Part shown: piece after piece, positions 24,445 through 36,714 of the stretch
Numbering within the stretch: position 1 is the first letter of the stretch
How the letters are laid out: each line of letters begins with the position of its first letter
Assembly: GCF_004010195.1 (NCBI RefSeq)
Contig: NC_057718.1
Location: 102,765,775-102,829,774 of the forward strand
Source of the DNA: Chiloscyllium plagiosum
Taxonomy: Eukaryota
Direction of reading: 5' to 3'
Length of the DNA: 64,000 bases
Translations under genes and position numbers: made by a program
The notes under the pieces: model-generated
Database searches by the model: none
Seen by the model: only the letters and a program-made list of their open reading frames with translations
Told to the model about the DNA's origin: nothing

Positions 24445-25569
24445 CCTAACTCCATTGGCATTTGCCCAATTTCCCTTCACTTAACAAAAATATATTTACC
24501 TCAGACAGTAGCATTAGCAAATTTATCTATACAACAATTGATGATGGCCACCATTAAGTTAGCTTTTTATTCCAGATTTTAATTATCTGACATGGTGGGC
24601 TATGAGCCCATATCCCCAGCCTGGGGTTCAGGATTGCTAACCTCGTGTCAAGACCACCCCTCCATCAGTTCCCTTGTAACTCAGCCTCATCCCTCTGCCA
24701 TATGCCCCACATGTGCCTGTTTTAGCTAAGGTCATTGAGCTTAGGAATGTCCAATCAAAACCTACTGACCCTCCAGTCATCTTAACAGAGATCAGGAATT
24801 GAATCTGAGCAAATGTGGTTCAGCACCACATGACCCAGCCCTTGCTAACAAGCCATGCCCAGGTCTTGCTTGTCATGGCTGGCTGTCTACTCACCAACTA
24901 ATTGCAGAAGATTGATCTGACAGAATGTGGTTTCCACACAGGCATCTCCTGCCTCAGTCCTGTCAATACCCCATGGTTAAAGTCATATGGTGCAGGTTAT
25001 GTGAGCCTGGTGATTGGACAATCGATGGGAATGAACCTTTCCAGCGGTAAGGATGAGCAAGATGGTGTCCGCTCCATTCCCCCTTGTCATTGTACTGTAG
25101 CATTGTCACCAAATCTGCTGTATATGCATCTGCTTCATCAGCTCAAAGCAGTTCTCAATTCACAGATCTCAATGTTTACTCAGATCTGTGAAGCGAGTGA
25201 GATAGGTGGGAGGATTTCCAGGCAGGAAACTCTTGGGAAGGAGATTCAGGAATTTGGACATTGCATGTTGGGAAGGGGTAGGAGAAAGCCACCTGCTCCC
25301 CTTGGCCCACCAGCAGTGCTGTAAGGGCACTTACCTCATGGATATCAGAAGTAGGTGCATTGGGGTGGGACTTAACATTTACATTCTTTCACTTTTCTCC
25401 TTCTCCCAAACTACCTATATTAAAGTTTAAAATTCTTCTCTTGAAGTATGACGTGAGGCCATTCAGGTCTGTATTGCTAGCCCCCTGCAATTACCCCATG
25501 GGCCTCAAACATGTTTCTTTTTTCAAGTATTTATCCAATGCCCTTTAGAAAATCCTAAATGGCTTCATT

Positions 25570-25877
25570 AGAATCCCTACAGTGTGGAAACAGGCCCAAA
25601 CAAGTCCACACTCACTCTCTGAAGAGTATCCCACCCAGACCCATTCCCCTACCATTCCACATTTCCCCTTACTAATGCACTAGCTGACACTATGGGGCAA
25701 TTTAGCATGGCCAGTTCACCTAATCTGCACATCTTTGAACCATGGGAGGAAACCTGGAGGAAACCCACACAGACACAGGAAGAATGAGCAAACTCCACAC
25801 AGACAGTTGCCCAAGGCTAGAATCAAACCAGGGTCCCTGGCGTTGTGAGGCAGCAGTGCTAACCACTGAGCCATTGT
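25570..25877 (-). mobile_element. HE1 SINE
   Basis: GAATCCCTACAGTGTGGAAACAGGCC ... GAGGCAGCAGTGCTAACCACTGAGCCA. Confidence 0.88.
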
Positions 25878-26389
25878 GGATCTGTTTACAATCTCAATGT
25901 AACCCAGCTCCTGGTCAACAGTTAAGAAGATAAGATTATAATCTGGGTTAGGATCCAGAAAAATTAGTCGGGACAAACAGACCTATCAATATGAGGGGAA
26001 ATGTGAAGAAAGACATTCATGATCAGCACTAATAATATGGATGGTAAGCCAATTTAAAGTTATGAGTGATCATTTGATGAGCTTGCAGATTTAACTATGG
26101 CCATTAGCACACATATTGGAGAACTGGAAGTAGAGATGAGTGGTTTTGGCACTTTGTGGCTAGCAACTCCTGGAGAACCAAAGTTGCCCTCTAAGTGTAT
26201 TGATCCATCAAAATTCTTAAGAAGAAAGACGCAAGGTTGTGGATGCTCACTTCACATACTCAATATCCAGATCAATAGATTCACAAACTCTAATGGAATC
26301 GAGGGAACTGGAGATTTGCTGGGAAATTGGAGGTGAAATTCAGAATCAACCACAATCTGATTGAAAGGTGGGCTAGGATTGAGGCGTGA

Positions 26390-26705
26390 AATAGAACATA
26401 GAACATAGAAAAGTACAGCACAGAACAGGCCCTTTGGCCCACAATGTTGTTCCGAGTTTTAATCCTAATGTAAAATATAGTAACTTAACCTACGCACCCC
26501 TCAACTCACTGCTATCCATGTGCATGTCCAGCAGTCACTCAAATGTCCCCCATGACTCTGCTTCCACCACCACAGCTGGCAACGCATTCCATGCATTCAC
26601 AACTCTCTGTGTAAAGAACCTAACTCTGACGTCTCCTTTATACCTTCCTCCTAATATCTTCAAACTATGACTTCTCGTACCAGTCAATCCTGCCCTGAGG
26701 AAAAT
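26390..26705 (-). mobile_element. CR1 3' fragment (different subfamily)
   Basis: ATAGAACATAGAACATAGAA tail; minus translation RFFTQRVVNAWNALPAVVVEAES. Confidence 0.85.
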
Positions 26706-26744
26706 GGCCTTGTTCTTTTATTTTCTAAATTTTAAAATGGTAGT

Positions 26745-27055
26745 TGCCTTTTCCCTAGGATGGGGGATTTCAAGACTAAGGGGCATATAATTAAAGTGAG
26801 AGGAGAGAGATTTAAAAAAGACATGGAAGCAAACTTTTTACATAGAAGGTGGTTCGCTTGGGAAATGAAACTGCCCGAGGAAGTGGTAGATGTGGGTACA
26901 ATTACAACATTTAAAAGACATTTGGATAAGGACGTGAATAGGAAAGGTTTGGAGGGATATGGGCAAGGAGCAGGCAGGTGGGACTAGTTTAGTTTGGGAT
27001 TTGGGGCTGGTTGGACTGAAGGGTCTGTTTCTGTGCTGTATGATTCTCCGACTTT
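26745..27055 (+). mobile_element. CR1 3' fragment
   Basis: ORF 26760-26987 KTKGHIIKVRGERFK...LPEEVVDVGTITTFKRHLDK. Confidence 0.88.
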
Positions 27056-27276
27056 AAGATTGATTCTGGCTCCTGATGAGTGATATTAAAAACCTGGAAA
27101 AGAGCCAAAGCTTCCAACACAATGTTCAAATGTAGTTAATGCTATCTCCACCGGTTGGATAAAACCTGAATCTGTGCTCTCACTTTTAACACCAAAAGAA
27201 GTTTAGTTTTAGCTTCATTTTAATATGTGGCAGCTTGAATTAGACTCTGTTTTGCTGTTGAAAGTTGGAGGAAAAT

Positions 27277-27493
27277 AAAGTTAAGAATCACACAACACCA
27301 GGTTATAGTCCAACAGGTTTAATTGGAAGCACACTAGCTTTCGGAGTGTCGCTCCTCCATCAGGCACTACCACCTGATAAAGGAGCGACGCTCTGAAAGC
27401 TAATGCTTCCAAATAAACCTGTTGGACTATAACCTGGTGTTGTGTGATTCTTAACTTTGTCCACCCCAGTCCAACATCGGCATCTCCACATCA
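27277..27493. mobile_element. PLE family B palindromic element with mutated hammerhead cores
   Basis: Inverted arms AAAGTTAAGAATCACACAACACCAGGTTATAGTCC / GGACTATAACCTGGTGTTGTGTGATTCTTAACTTT; core CTGATAAAGGAGCGACGCTCTGAAAGCTA. Confidence 0.8.
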
Positions 27494-27657
27494 GGCATTT
27501 TTGCACCAATCATGCACCTGGAGTCCTTCATCCTCTTGGGATCCTTTTGTTATTCAACTAGATCACAGATAATCAACTAGATCACAGATAATCTGCATCT
27601 TCACTCAATTTGCTTGCCTTGTTTCATCAAACCTCTGTGTTTAGTAAAGAAATTACT

Positions 27658-28065
27658 ATTGGAGGGTTTGAGCTATAGGCAGAAGCTGAATAGGCTGGAG
27701 CTATTTTTCCTGGAGCATCGGAGGCTGAGGTTTATAGAGGCTTATAAAATCATGAAGAGGTGGAGGAGTCCAAAACTACAGGACACAGGTTAAAGGTGAG
27801 AGGGGAAAGATATAAAAGGGATCGAAGGGGCAACTTTTTCACGCAGAGGGTGGTACATGTATAGAATGAGCTGCCAGAAGAAGAGGTGGAGGCTGGTACA
27901 ATTACAACATTTAAAAGGCATTTGGATGGGTATATGAATAGGAAGGGTTTGGAGGGATATGGGCCGGGTGCTGGCAGGTGGGACTGGATTAATTTAAGAT
28001 ATCTGGTTGACATGCACAAGTTGAACTGAAGGGTCTGTTTCCATGTTTTATACTTCTATGACGCT
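27658..28065 (+). mobile_element. CR1 3' fragment with deletions
   Basis: GGGGCAACTTTTTCACGCAGAGGGTGG...GAGCTGCCAGAAGAAGAGGTGGAGGCTGGTACAATT, colinear with 60725-61227. Confidence 0.88.
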
Positions 28066-29659
28066 CATGCTAACAAATCTGCATTTAAATTAGGGAAACC
28101 AGTTCTTTTGAAAAGGTGAGCTATTGTGCTGCAAGGAAGGTCTAAATCATTTTCTTTTAAGTTACTCTGGAGCTCCACCAGCAAGGGGTTAATGAGAACA
28201 AAAATCTCAAAATGTGCTTAGTCCTTACCACAGACAAAGGGAGCGACACAGTTAACACTGGACTGGATGATTTCAGAATGCACATTTTACTGCTTAAGTC
28301 CTCTTTCTTTCAAAGGCACCTTTTCCCTCCGCTCTCTCCAAATCCGATTTTACATTGAAGGGACCTTTGTCAGGAGGTGATGGAAACTCACTTGCCATAA
28401 ATCATTGAGATCAGTTTCTGTGACCATTTCACAGAACTCTGCAATACTGCCATTAAACGCTGCTGCCTCTCTACTCAGAAAGAGGTCAATGGCTGGGAAC
28501 CTCTTGTCTTATTGCTTAGACTGTTCACTCTATTTGCCAGCGCTTTGGGGGGAGAAAAAAGGTCTGAACTCCGAAGCCTGCAAAGTAGAAAAATATGTTA
28601 CGTTGGAAGAAGGTTATAAGCAACAGGATAAGTCCAATTTTCTTCTGGACTGATTGCATTGTAACGTGCCTGGCAGCATTCCAACACTGCAATTCTTAAG
28701 GAGTGTCTTTATTGAATTCCATGCTGAGACATCATAACCTCCGAAAGGCTACCTTTAGCCAGAGGGTTGCACATGAAGCAATCCGACCATGACTTTTGAA
28801 TTGTAAGGGGATGACAATTTCCATTTCACAACATGAGACCTTGTTCAGGCAGGCAGATAGTTCACCACCTCCCCACCCCCTTTGCAGTGAGTGTCCTCAG
28901 ACGCTGAACAATATACGGACCCCAGGCATCAAAGGGTTAGAAACTCCCCCACCTCCCTCTCAAACAAGCTCATTACACAAGAGTGGAGTATAAATGCTTG
29001 GTATTGGGGTCCCTTACAAATCAATTTCCCTAGTATTTACTGTGCAGCATGAGATTTCATTTAATAGCTACTCAAGACAGTAATTAACTTTGCAAAATTC
29101 TAGCAGGGAAAACAAAAGGAAAGAATTACAAGCAACACAGATGTCATGATGCGCCAACTATTTATCATCTGGCTCCAAATGCACCAGATTGTCAGCGTGT
29201 TGCTTTCAAAAATAAGAAGGTTTTGTCCTTAGAAAAAACAGTAAACTAACCCTCAGCTATTGGTGGGCAAGGGGACAATGAACATCCGACACCACCATAG
29301 CTGTCCCGTTAGCGTTGGTCAAGAGGGGTGATTGATGGCTCACCCCCATAAGAAATATTAACAGGGACAGGATGGGGAGGGAGGGGCAAGAAGTAAGCCA
29401 CATCACCTCCTTGGAGGACAACCAGGAGCTCCCCGACATCAGTCCTATGGAAAAGCAAAGACCAAAGTACAAATTATTGGGTAAGCTCAGCACGTCTTGC
29501 AGCATCTGTGGGGAGAAAGCAGAGTTAACGTATCGGGTCCAATGACCCTTTTGAATGTCCTTTTTACTGACAATTCACACCCAGGAATCGTCGGCTGCAT
29601 GATCCCTTAAATCTCGTCCAAATGACAATTTCTCAGCCTCAGCAGGGCACCTTCATATG

Positions 29660-29800
29660 GGCAAAAGTGAGGACTGCAGATGCTGGAGATCAGAGTCTAG
29701 ATTAGAGTGGTGCTGGAAAAGCACAGCAGGTCAGGCAGCATCCGAGGAGCAGGAAAATCGATGTTTCGGGCAAAAGCCCTACACCACTTTTAATCTAGTC
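29660..29800. mobile_element. PLE family A, most of the second arm deleted
   Basis: AAAGTGAGGACTGCAGATGCTGGAGATCAGAGTCTAGATTAGAGTGGTG with residual CACCACTTTTAATCTAG. Confidence 0.75.
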
Positions 29801-29973
29801 CTGGACGTGTAGATTATTTTGTAAATGAGCTAATAGAGAAAAAAGCATGAGCCAGCTGCCACATTCGCACTTTGGTGAGAACCACTCCCGTTCCTCAGGA
29901 CTGAAATACAGCAGTTGTGAAATATCAGGGACAGGTGTTGGAAGTAATAGCTGCAGTCCCTTCTGCAGCTAAG

Positions 29974-30594
29974 TGTTGTGACAATGCTGTAACTTTAAAA
30001 GGTTATTTTGTCCTTTTTGAACAGATGTTGTAACATAGAGGTGAGAGCTGCCTATTGAAGATCACTTGTGTAAACAGCTTGAGGGGCCTTGATTTTGTTT
30101 AATGCAGCCTGAATGGGTGTGGCCAGCTCTCACAAATCAGGATTTCTGAGTAGCGTCCGAAGCCATTGGGGTCTCAACAGAGCTGGAAGCTTCAGTGAAT
30201 GTCTCCAGGCTGCTACTCTCTCTGAATTTTCTCTTGATTCTTTTTTTCTCCTGGATTGGAGAACTACATGTGAGAGTCTGTGTCTGAGTTTTCCTTTTTG
30301 CCAAAGGGTGTGTTTATGGGATATTATATTGGGACAGTTAATTAGTTAATAGTTATTGTATTTATTATTCTGATAAGTTCCCAATAGAGTTAAGTAATTC
30401 TAAATTCCTCTTTCTTTAGTTGTATTTTAACTACAGTGTTTAAAGAAATTGTGTTTTGCTTAATGTCAAGTGGTTTGACCAATCGCTTTGCATTGGGAAC
30501 AGACTCTTTAAGTGTGCCTTTGAAAATGAGGAAGCGTTAGGGTCTAGGCTACCTTTGTAAAGTACTTTGAAGTGATCTGATCTGGTCCGTAACA
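29974..30594 (+). mobile_element. Putative solo LTR
   Basis: Begins TGTTGTGA, ends CCGTAACA (imperfect terminal inverted repeat, TG..CA), ~620 bp, non-coding; no TSD seen. Confidence 0.35.
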
Positions 30595-31574
30595 GAGCTC
30601 TCTCACCCAAGATCTCTTGGTAAGCTTCTCATTTACTTTTTGATTCTTTAAGGAGAAGGGAAGTGGGCTTTATCAAAAAGGTTGGGCTGGGTCACTCAGT
30701 TGTGCCAGACATACTGGCTAGAGACCCAACACCCAAGAGGGACTTTTGAGTTATAAAAGATTCAATAGAGTAGAAGTACAGAAGATGATTCCAGTTGACC
30801 TTGAATATAAAACAGTCTCAAATCAAACCATTAAGTAACTAATGAGAAACATCTTTGTTCGGAGAGTGTGAGAATGTGGGAACTTGGACTAGTTGTGGAC
30901 AATAGGTAAAAACTAGGTAAAAACTAGTTGTGGACAATAGTCATGATGCATTCAAGGACTAAGTAGATACATGCACGTTGGTGGAAGGAATAGAAGGATT
31001 TTAAAATACTGCAGAAATTTGAAATCTGAAATCAAAACAGGAAGTGCTGGAGAATCCCAGCAGTGCCTTCGGAGAGAAAACACAGACGACATTTCGAGTC
31101 CAGAACCAGTTTCGAAGAAGTGTCATACTGGACTTGAAATGTTGAAATATTGCTAATCTGTGGGACAGGAATGCAGGGCATAAATTTAAATGATGTACTA
31201 AAGATTTGTGAGGTGAAAATGAACCTTTTCACATGGTGAGGATTGCATGGCCTGCAAGTGTGGTGGAGGCTGGTTCATTGAAGCTGTCGAGGGGATGCTG
31301 GATGGTTGTGTAAGTAACAACAATGTGCATGGGGGAAGGAGAAAGGCCACTGAGTTATGTTGCTCATTTGGAGAGCTGGTGCAGACACGATGGGCTGAAT
31401 TGCCTCTTTCTGGGCCATAACAACTCTGCGGTAAGGAGACAGAGATGCACAGAATGATGTAGCAGTGACATCTGTCATCACGTGGGAGAGACTGTGTTGA
31501 AAGGAGAGAGAAGTCTGTCCCAGTGAGAGATGTACTTAGTAAGAACAGTATTACCCACATTAGTGTAAATCAAA

Positions 31575-31948
31575 GAACATCGACTTCATTAGTTTCCTTA
31601 TCTCCCTTCCCTGCCACCTCATTCCCAGATCCAACCCTCCAACTCAGCACCGCCCTCTAGACCTGTCCCATCTGCCCATCTTCCTTCACGCCTATCTGCT
31701 CCACCGTCTCCACCGACCTATCACCATCTGCATCCACCTATCGGCTCCTCACCTACTTTCCCCCAAGCCTCACCCCCACTACTCTATTTATCTCTCAGCC
31801 TCCTTACCCAACCCCACATTCCTGATCAAGGGCTTATGCCCAACACGTCGACTCTTCTGCTCCTCGGATGCTGCTTGACCTGCTGTGCTTTTCCAGCACC
31901 ACACTCTCGACTCTGACTCTCCAGCATCTGCAGCCCTCACTTTCTCCT
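31575..31948 (+). mobile_element. Penelope-like element 3' end: end of ORF, pyrimidine-rich UTR, degenerate hammerhead, family A arm
   Basis: AACATCGACTTCATTAGTTTCC (NIDFISF, cf. NVDFTSF at 40034-40462), C-rich UTR, CTGATCAAGGGCTTATGCCCAACACGTC, then the family A arm; links family A to PLE. Confidence 0.8.
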
Positions 31949-32174
31949 GAAGCTCTCAGAGTCAGACACCAGTAGGTTGGAGGTAAGCAGGAAACTATTC
32001 CAAGCTACAAGTCTCCAGCAGAGACAGGGATAGCTGTCTCTCTAATGTGCAGAATAGAGCCCAACCTCCTGAATTACAAACCTCGTGACCCCTGAGCTAT
32101 AATCCCGTGGCAGGATTTGATCTAATATGCTGATGATTAACTGGATCTCTGGATGATGACTTGAATGAAAAAAA

Positions 32175-32525
32175 AACAGGAAATAGAAGCAGGAGTAGGG
32201 CCTTCCAGCCTCCTCCACCATTCAATATAATCACAGCTGATCATCCAATCATCCCCTCCTCCCACATTTCCCTCACTTCCTCTTGATCCCATTAGCCCTT
32301 AGAACTGTATCTAACCCCTTCTTGAAACATTCAGTGTTTTGTCTCAATTCCTTTCTGTGGCAGAGAATTCCACAGGCTCCCCACTCTCTGGGGACACTTC
32401 ACTTCATCTCAGTCCAAAATGACCTACCCTGTATCTTTAGACCATGACCCCTGGTTCTGGACTCCGCAGTCATCAGGAGCACCTTTCCTGCTGTCTGGTT
32501 CTGTTAGAAGTTTATAGATTTATGG
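32175..32525 (-). mobile_element. Older CR1 3' fragment
   Basis: GGCAGAGAATTCCACAGGCTCCCCACTCTCTG (RVGSLWNSLP) and tail AGGAAATAGAAGCAGGAGTAGG. Confidence 0.7.
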
Positions 32526-33199
32526 ACACTTTCCACTATCCCACTTTATCTGGTGTGAACACAATGACATTGCAACCTCATTACAAATTGTGAGGCCAAA
32601 GTAGCAGCAATTCCATTAAAACCAGCAGAAGATTGAGCCCTAAGAAAGTGCCAGGTACGACCAGTGGAAAATGTCTGTCGTGGGAATGGGTGGCTGTGAG
32701 GGAGGTACAATGAAGTCAAACTGTATTCACTGTTCAGCCCACAAAGTTTTCCCGTGTTATTTGACACCTAAAGGCAGGAGGATATCATTGGACAGGGAAA
32801 GATAAAAATCAACTGTAAACCATTTCCAGACTGACAGAAGCGAGCAGCCAGATACAATAATGAAACCATTCAATTAGACTGATGGCACCTCAGTAGTGAC
32901 ATCAGCTGTTGAATCAAATTATTTAAACATTATTGATGGTCTTCTTGCCTGTAATTGCTGAAGAACAATGCGGTAATAAGGGGAATTAATATTTGTAAGC
33001 TGACTGTGTTGAAGAAATCCTTGACATTCCAAAAATGACAAAATGCCTATTTAGTTGGAATTAATAAAATAAAGCTGTTCTGAGACTTTGGTTTTGTCAT
33101 GGATTAAGAAAAATACCTGCTATAAAATATTTTAAAACCTTCCAAATAATGGATTGGCCACTTAATTAGAATGAGCATCAGTGGGTTCGAAAATCTGGC

Positions 33200-33650
33200 T
33201 GTGACACACCCACACACTCACAAAGCACACAGAGAGAGACACATACAAGCACACACACACACAAAGCACACAGAGAGAGACACATACCAGCAAGCGTACA
33301 CAGGCACACAAAGACACACAGGCATACATGCATACAGGCATACACACACACAGGCGCACACACACACACACACACACATGCTCTCTCTCACACACACATA
33401 CACAGGCACATGGAGACACATAGACGCACACACATACATACACACACACAAGCATACTCACACATGCAGGCGCACACACACAAACAAACACAGGTACACA
33501 GAGACACACATAGGCATGCACACCCACAGGCTCACAGAGACATAAATAGAATCACACATACAGACACACAAACACACACACACATTCACACATACATAGA
33601 ATCACATAGACAGACACACATAGACAAAATTTCACACACACAAACACAAT
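33200..33650. repeat. Degenerate (CA)n microsatellite region
   Basis: CA/CAGA/CATA runs; source of the HT- and CV-rich spurious ORFs. Confidence 0.95.
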
Positions 33651-33718
33651 TTCAGGCAGAAATTGACTCTAATTTGCAGCTTACAAGGTTTGAAAATGGA
33701 CAGAATACAAAGCCATCG

Positions 33719-33980
33719 AGGAGAAAGTGAGGACTGCAGATGCTGGAGATCAGAGCTGAAAATGTATTGCTGGAAAAGCACAGCAGGTCAGGCAGCATCC
33801 AAGGAGCAGGAGAATCGTATTTCCATCACAGGTATGCAACCTAGAACTGAAACATAAAGCTAGGAGCAGACCATTCAACCCTTCAAGCCTGAAGAAGGGC
33901 TCATGCCCGAAACGTCGATTCTTCTGCTCCTTGGATGCTGCCTGACCTGCTGTGCTTTTCCAGCAACACATTTTCAGCTC
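33719..33980. mobile_element. PLE family A palindrome whose centre is a 77 bp inverted copy of 34991-35067
   Basis: Inverted arms; CAGAATACAA on both flanks (33701, 33980); hammerhead core CTGAAGA-A-GGGC-TCAT-GCCC-GAAA-CGTC at 33889-33916. Confidence 0.88.
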
Positions 33981-34729
33981 AGAATACAACACCACTTGAC
34001 CATTGTGTCTGTGCTGGAAACATTGGTCAGGATAGCTGTCAGACCCTTCACAGGAGTGACACTGGAGTTCCTTTTACATCCGTGCTAGTGAGGAGATGAA
34101 CGTCAGTTTAACATCTCACCCTGAAGTAACGCCTCCCAGAATGCAACACTCCCTCAGTACCTTTCTGGGAGCATCAACCACAGGGGGGCAGGGGGGGTGA
34201 AGTGGGATTTGAACTCACAACCACCTTGAACATCTGAGTTAGGAACAGGGCGAGGCCATTCAACCCGCAGTAACTTGCTCTGTTATTCAGTAAGGCCATG
34301 GCTGAAATGACTATGACCTAAACTCCACATTGCCATTGACTCTCCCAACAACCATTGACTCCTAGTCCTGTAAGAGTGAACCACAGTTGGCACTTACAAG
34401 CCAATCATTAAGAATGTTTTGGTGGCGCATTGCCAGGATATTTCTGGTGGAGAAGATAAGACTGAAATATGCAAAAGGGAATGGGAATTCTTGACTGCGA
34501 GAGTGACCTGTGGGTTAGTCAGTCTACTGTCAATAGCAGAAATATTTGGCTCACAAAGCTGTCTGAAGAGGCCACAATGGATCTAAGGGAGAAGTTACAC
34601 ATGTTAGAGAGCAGGATGAAGCAGAAGTGTTACTAGGGAATAAAAATTATGCACACATGTATCTGGTGTTTGTAATGTACCTTATTCTCACATTGTCATT
34701 ATTCCACGAATTTTTAGCATTAAGATTAA

Positions 34730-35030
34730 AAGTGGGAGCCTGTTTTCCCTGGTTGGTTAATATAGAACTAAGGGCACAGTCTCAGGGTAGTTGGAACTGA
34801 AGCGAGGAAAGGTTTTTCCACTTAAAGCTTAAAGGAGTAAAGCTGTGGAATTCTCGACCAGAGAAGGCTACAGATGCCAAGTCACTGAATATATTCAAAA
34901 ATGAGATGGATGCATTATTTAATTTTAAAGGCATCAAGGGGTATGCAGATAAAGCAGGAATGTGGCATTGAATTACAGGATCAGCCATGATCAGGCTTGA
35001 AGGGTTGAATGGTCTGCTCCTAGCTTTATG
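34730..35030 (+). mobile_element. Older CR1 3' fragment
   Basis: AGAACTAAGGGCACAGTCTCAGGGT...CTGTGGAATTCTCGACCAGAG; tail AGGCTTGAAGGGTTGAATGGTCTGCTCCT. Confidence 0.75.
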
Positions 35031-35405
35031 TTTCAGTTCTAGGTTGCATACCTGTGATGGAAATACGCAGTTGCAAAAGTACAGATTGCCTGTAAATAAA
35101 CTTTTGGGATGTTCTCTGGCCATGAGAGACACTATACAAATGCAAACTTTAAGCATAGTGAGGATGGCATGTTTAAAACACCTTACCTGGCCACTGGGCA
35201 TTTCAAAGCTGTTTACTGGGCCTGAGGAATTTTGAAGTATCATCACTTTTGGAACATAGGAAATTCAGGAACCAATTCATCCACAGCAAATCCCAACAAG
35301 TTGCAACATGATAGTGACCGGGTAAGTGTGGTTTGCAATGTTGGTTGATATAAATTCACCATAGTGCCACTCCTTCATTCAGGAGAGACAGACAGTTGTG
35401 ATTTA

Positions 35406-35755
35406 TGGGGAGGCAGTTGCCTGGTGGTATTATCACTGGACTGTTAATCCCGAGACTCAGGTGGCGTTCTGGGTACCTGGATTTGAATCCTGCATATTTG
35501 ATGGTGGAATTTGAATTCAATAATTATCTGGAATTAAGAATCTGGTGATGACCATGAATCCATTGTCAGAAAAACCCATCTGATTCACTAATGCTCTATA
35601 GGGAAGGAAACTGCCATCCTTACCTGCTCTGGCCTACATGTGACTCCAGACCCACAGCAATGGGGTTGACTCTAAACTGCCCTCTGGGCAATTAGTGATG
35701 GGGCAATAAATGCTAGCCTAGCCAGTGACACCCTCATTCTATAAATGACTAAAGA
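35406..35755 (+). mobile_element. SINE family 2, full length, nested in a family 3 SINE
   Basis: Head GGGGAGGCAGTTGCCTGGTGGTATTATCACTGGACT, B-box-like GGATTTGAATCC, tail GGGCAATTAGTGATGGGGCAATAAATGCTAGCC. Confidence 0.8.
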
Positions 35756-36546
35756 GCAAAGAAACCTCAGGGGCACCATGCCTCAGGCAAAGGTTGAGAA
35801 TGAGGAAATGTAACATTAGCTGGTGCAGGTATTGAACCCTCACTGTTGGTGTCATCTGCATTGGAAACCAGCCAGCCAGCAAACTAAACTAACCAGCTCC
35901 CGGCTGCTAATGCAAATCAGAAAGTTGGGAAAAACATGCTCAGCTTTGGAGTGGTGAGTGTTCATATCTCTGAGGGAGCTGGTAGAGCTGTTTCTGTAAA
36001 AGCTCATGTGAAATTGAACCTGCAACTCCAACAATGCAGCTCTCCTTCAGTAGTGTAATGGGAGTGTCAGACCTGACTCCCATGCTCAGAATTTGGAATG
36101 AGACTCGATCGTATTGGCGCAGAAAGGAATGTGTTACCAACAGAGTGACAGTTCATGCTGCTGCAGGGCTGTACAGACAAGAAGGTAGTAAGGTATCAGT
36201 CAGAAATTAAAGGTTTTTATAAAGTAAAAAATGCAAGTCAAAGTAGACCATTATTATTGTGAATCCCATTAAGCCATTGCTGGGATCCAGGGTGTCAATG
36301 ATGTTTGGCTGCATCATGATCTCAGTTCCAAATTGGCTTTTGAATATGATCCGGTATCATAATTCCTTCCTCACTACAGTGTTTGATTCAGGAGGGTCTG
36401 GATCCTGTTACTGACCTAGCAGGACAAGGGGGTTACTGCATTTCCCTCAGACCGCTCACACACACAAGGATTGGTGCAATAATGATATGGGTTCTTAATT
36501 TGAAGACTGGACCCAGCCAGTGTTCACTGGGAAACTGCAAGACACA

Positions 36547-36714
36547 GAGCTGAAAATGTGTTGCTGGAAAAGCGCAGCAGGTCAGGCAGCATCTAAGGAG
36601 CAGGAGAATTGACGTTTCGGGCATAAGCCCTTCTTAAGCCTGACCTGCTGCGCTTTTCCAGCAACACATTTTCAGCTCTGATCTCCAGCATCTGCAGCCC
36701 TCACTTTCTCCTTG
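36547..36714. mobile_element. PLE family A palindrome, 13 bp TSD (1 mismatch)
   Basis: ACTGCAAGACACA 36534-36546 and ACTGTAAGACACA 36715-36727. Confidence 0.85.

Noticed and set aside
33162..33730. His/Thr- and Cys/Val-rich ORFs
   Set aside because: Translations of the (CA)n repeat
34782..35246. ORFs sharing RLEGLNGLLLALCFSSRLHTCDGNT with ORF 33750-33995 as a protein family
   Set aside because: Explained by the 77 bp DNA duplication
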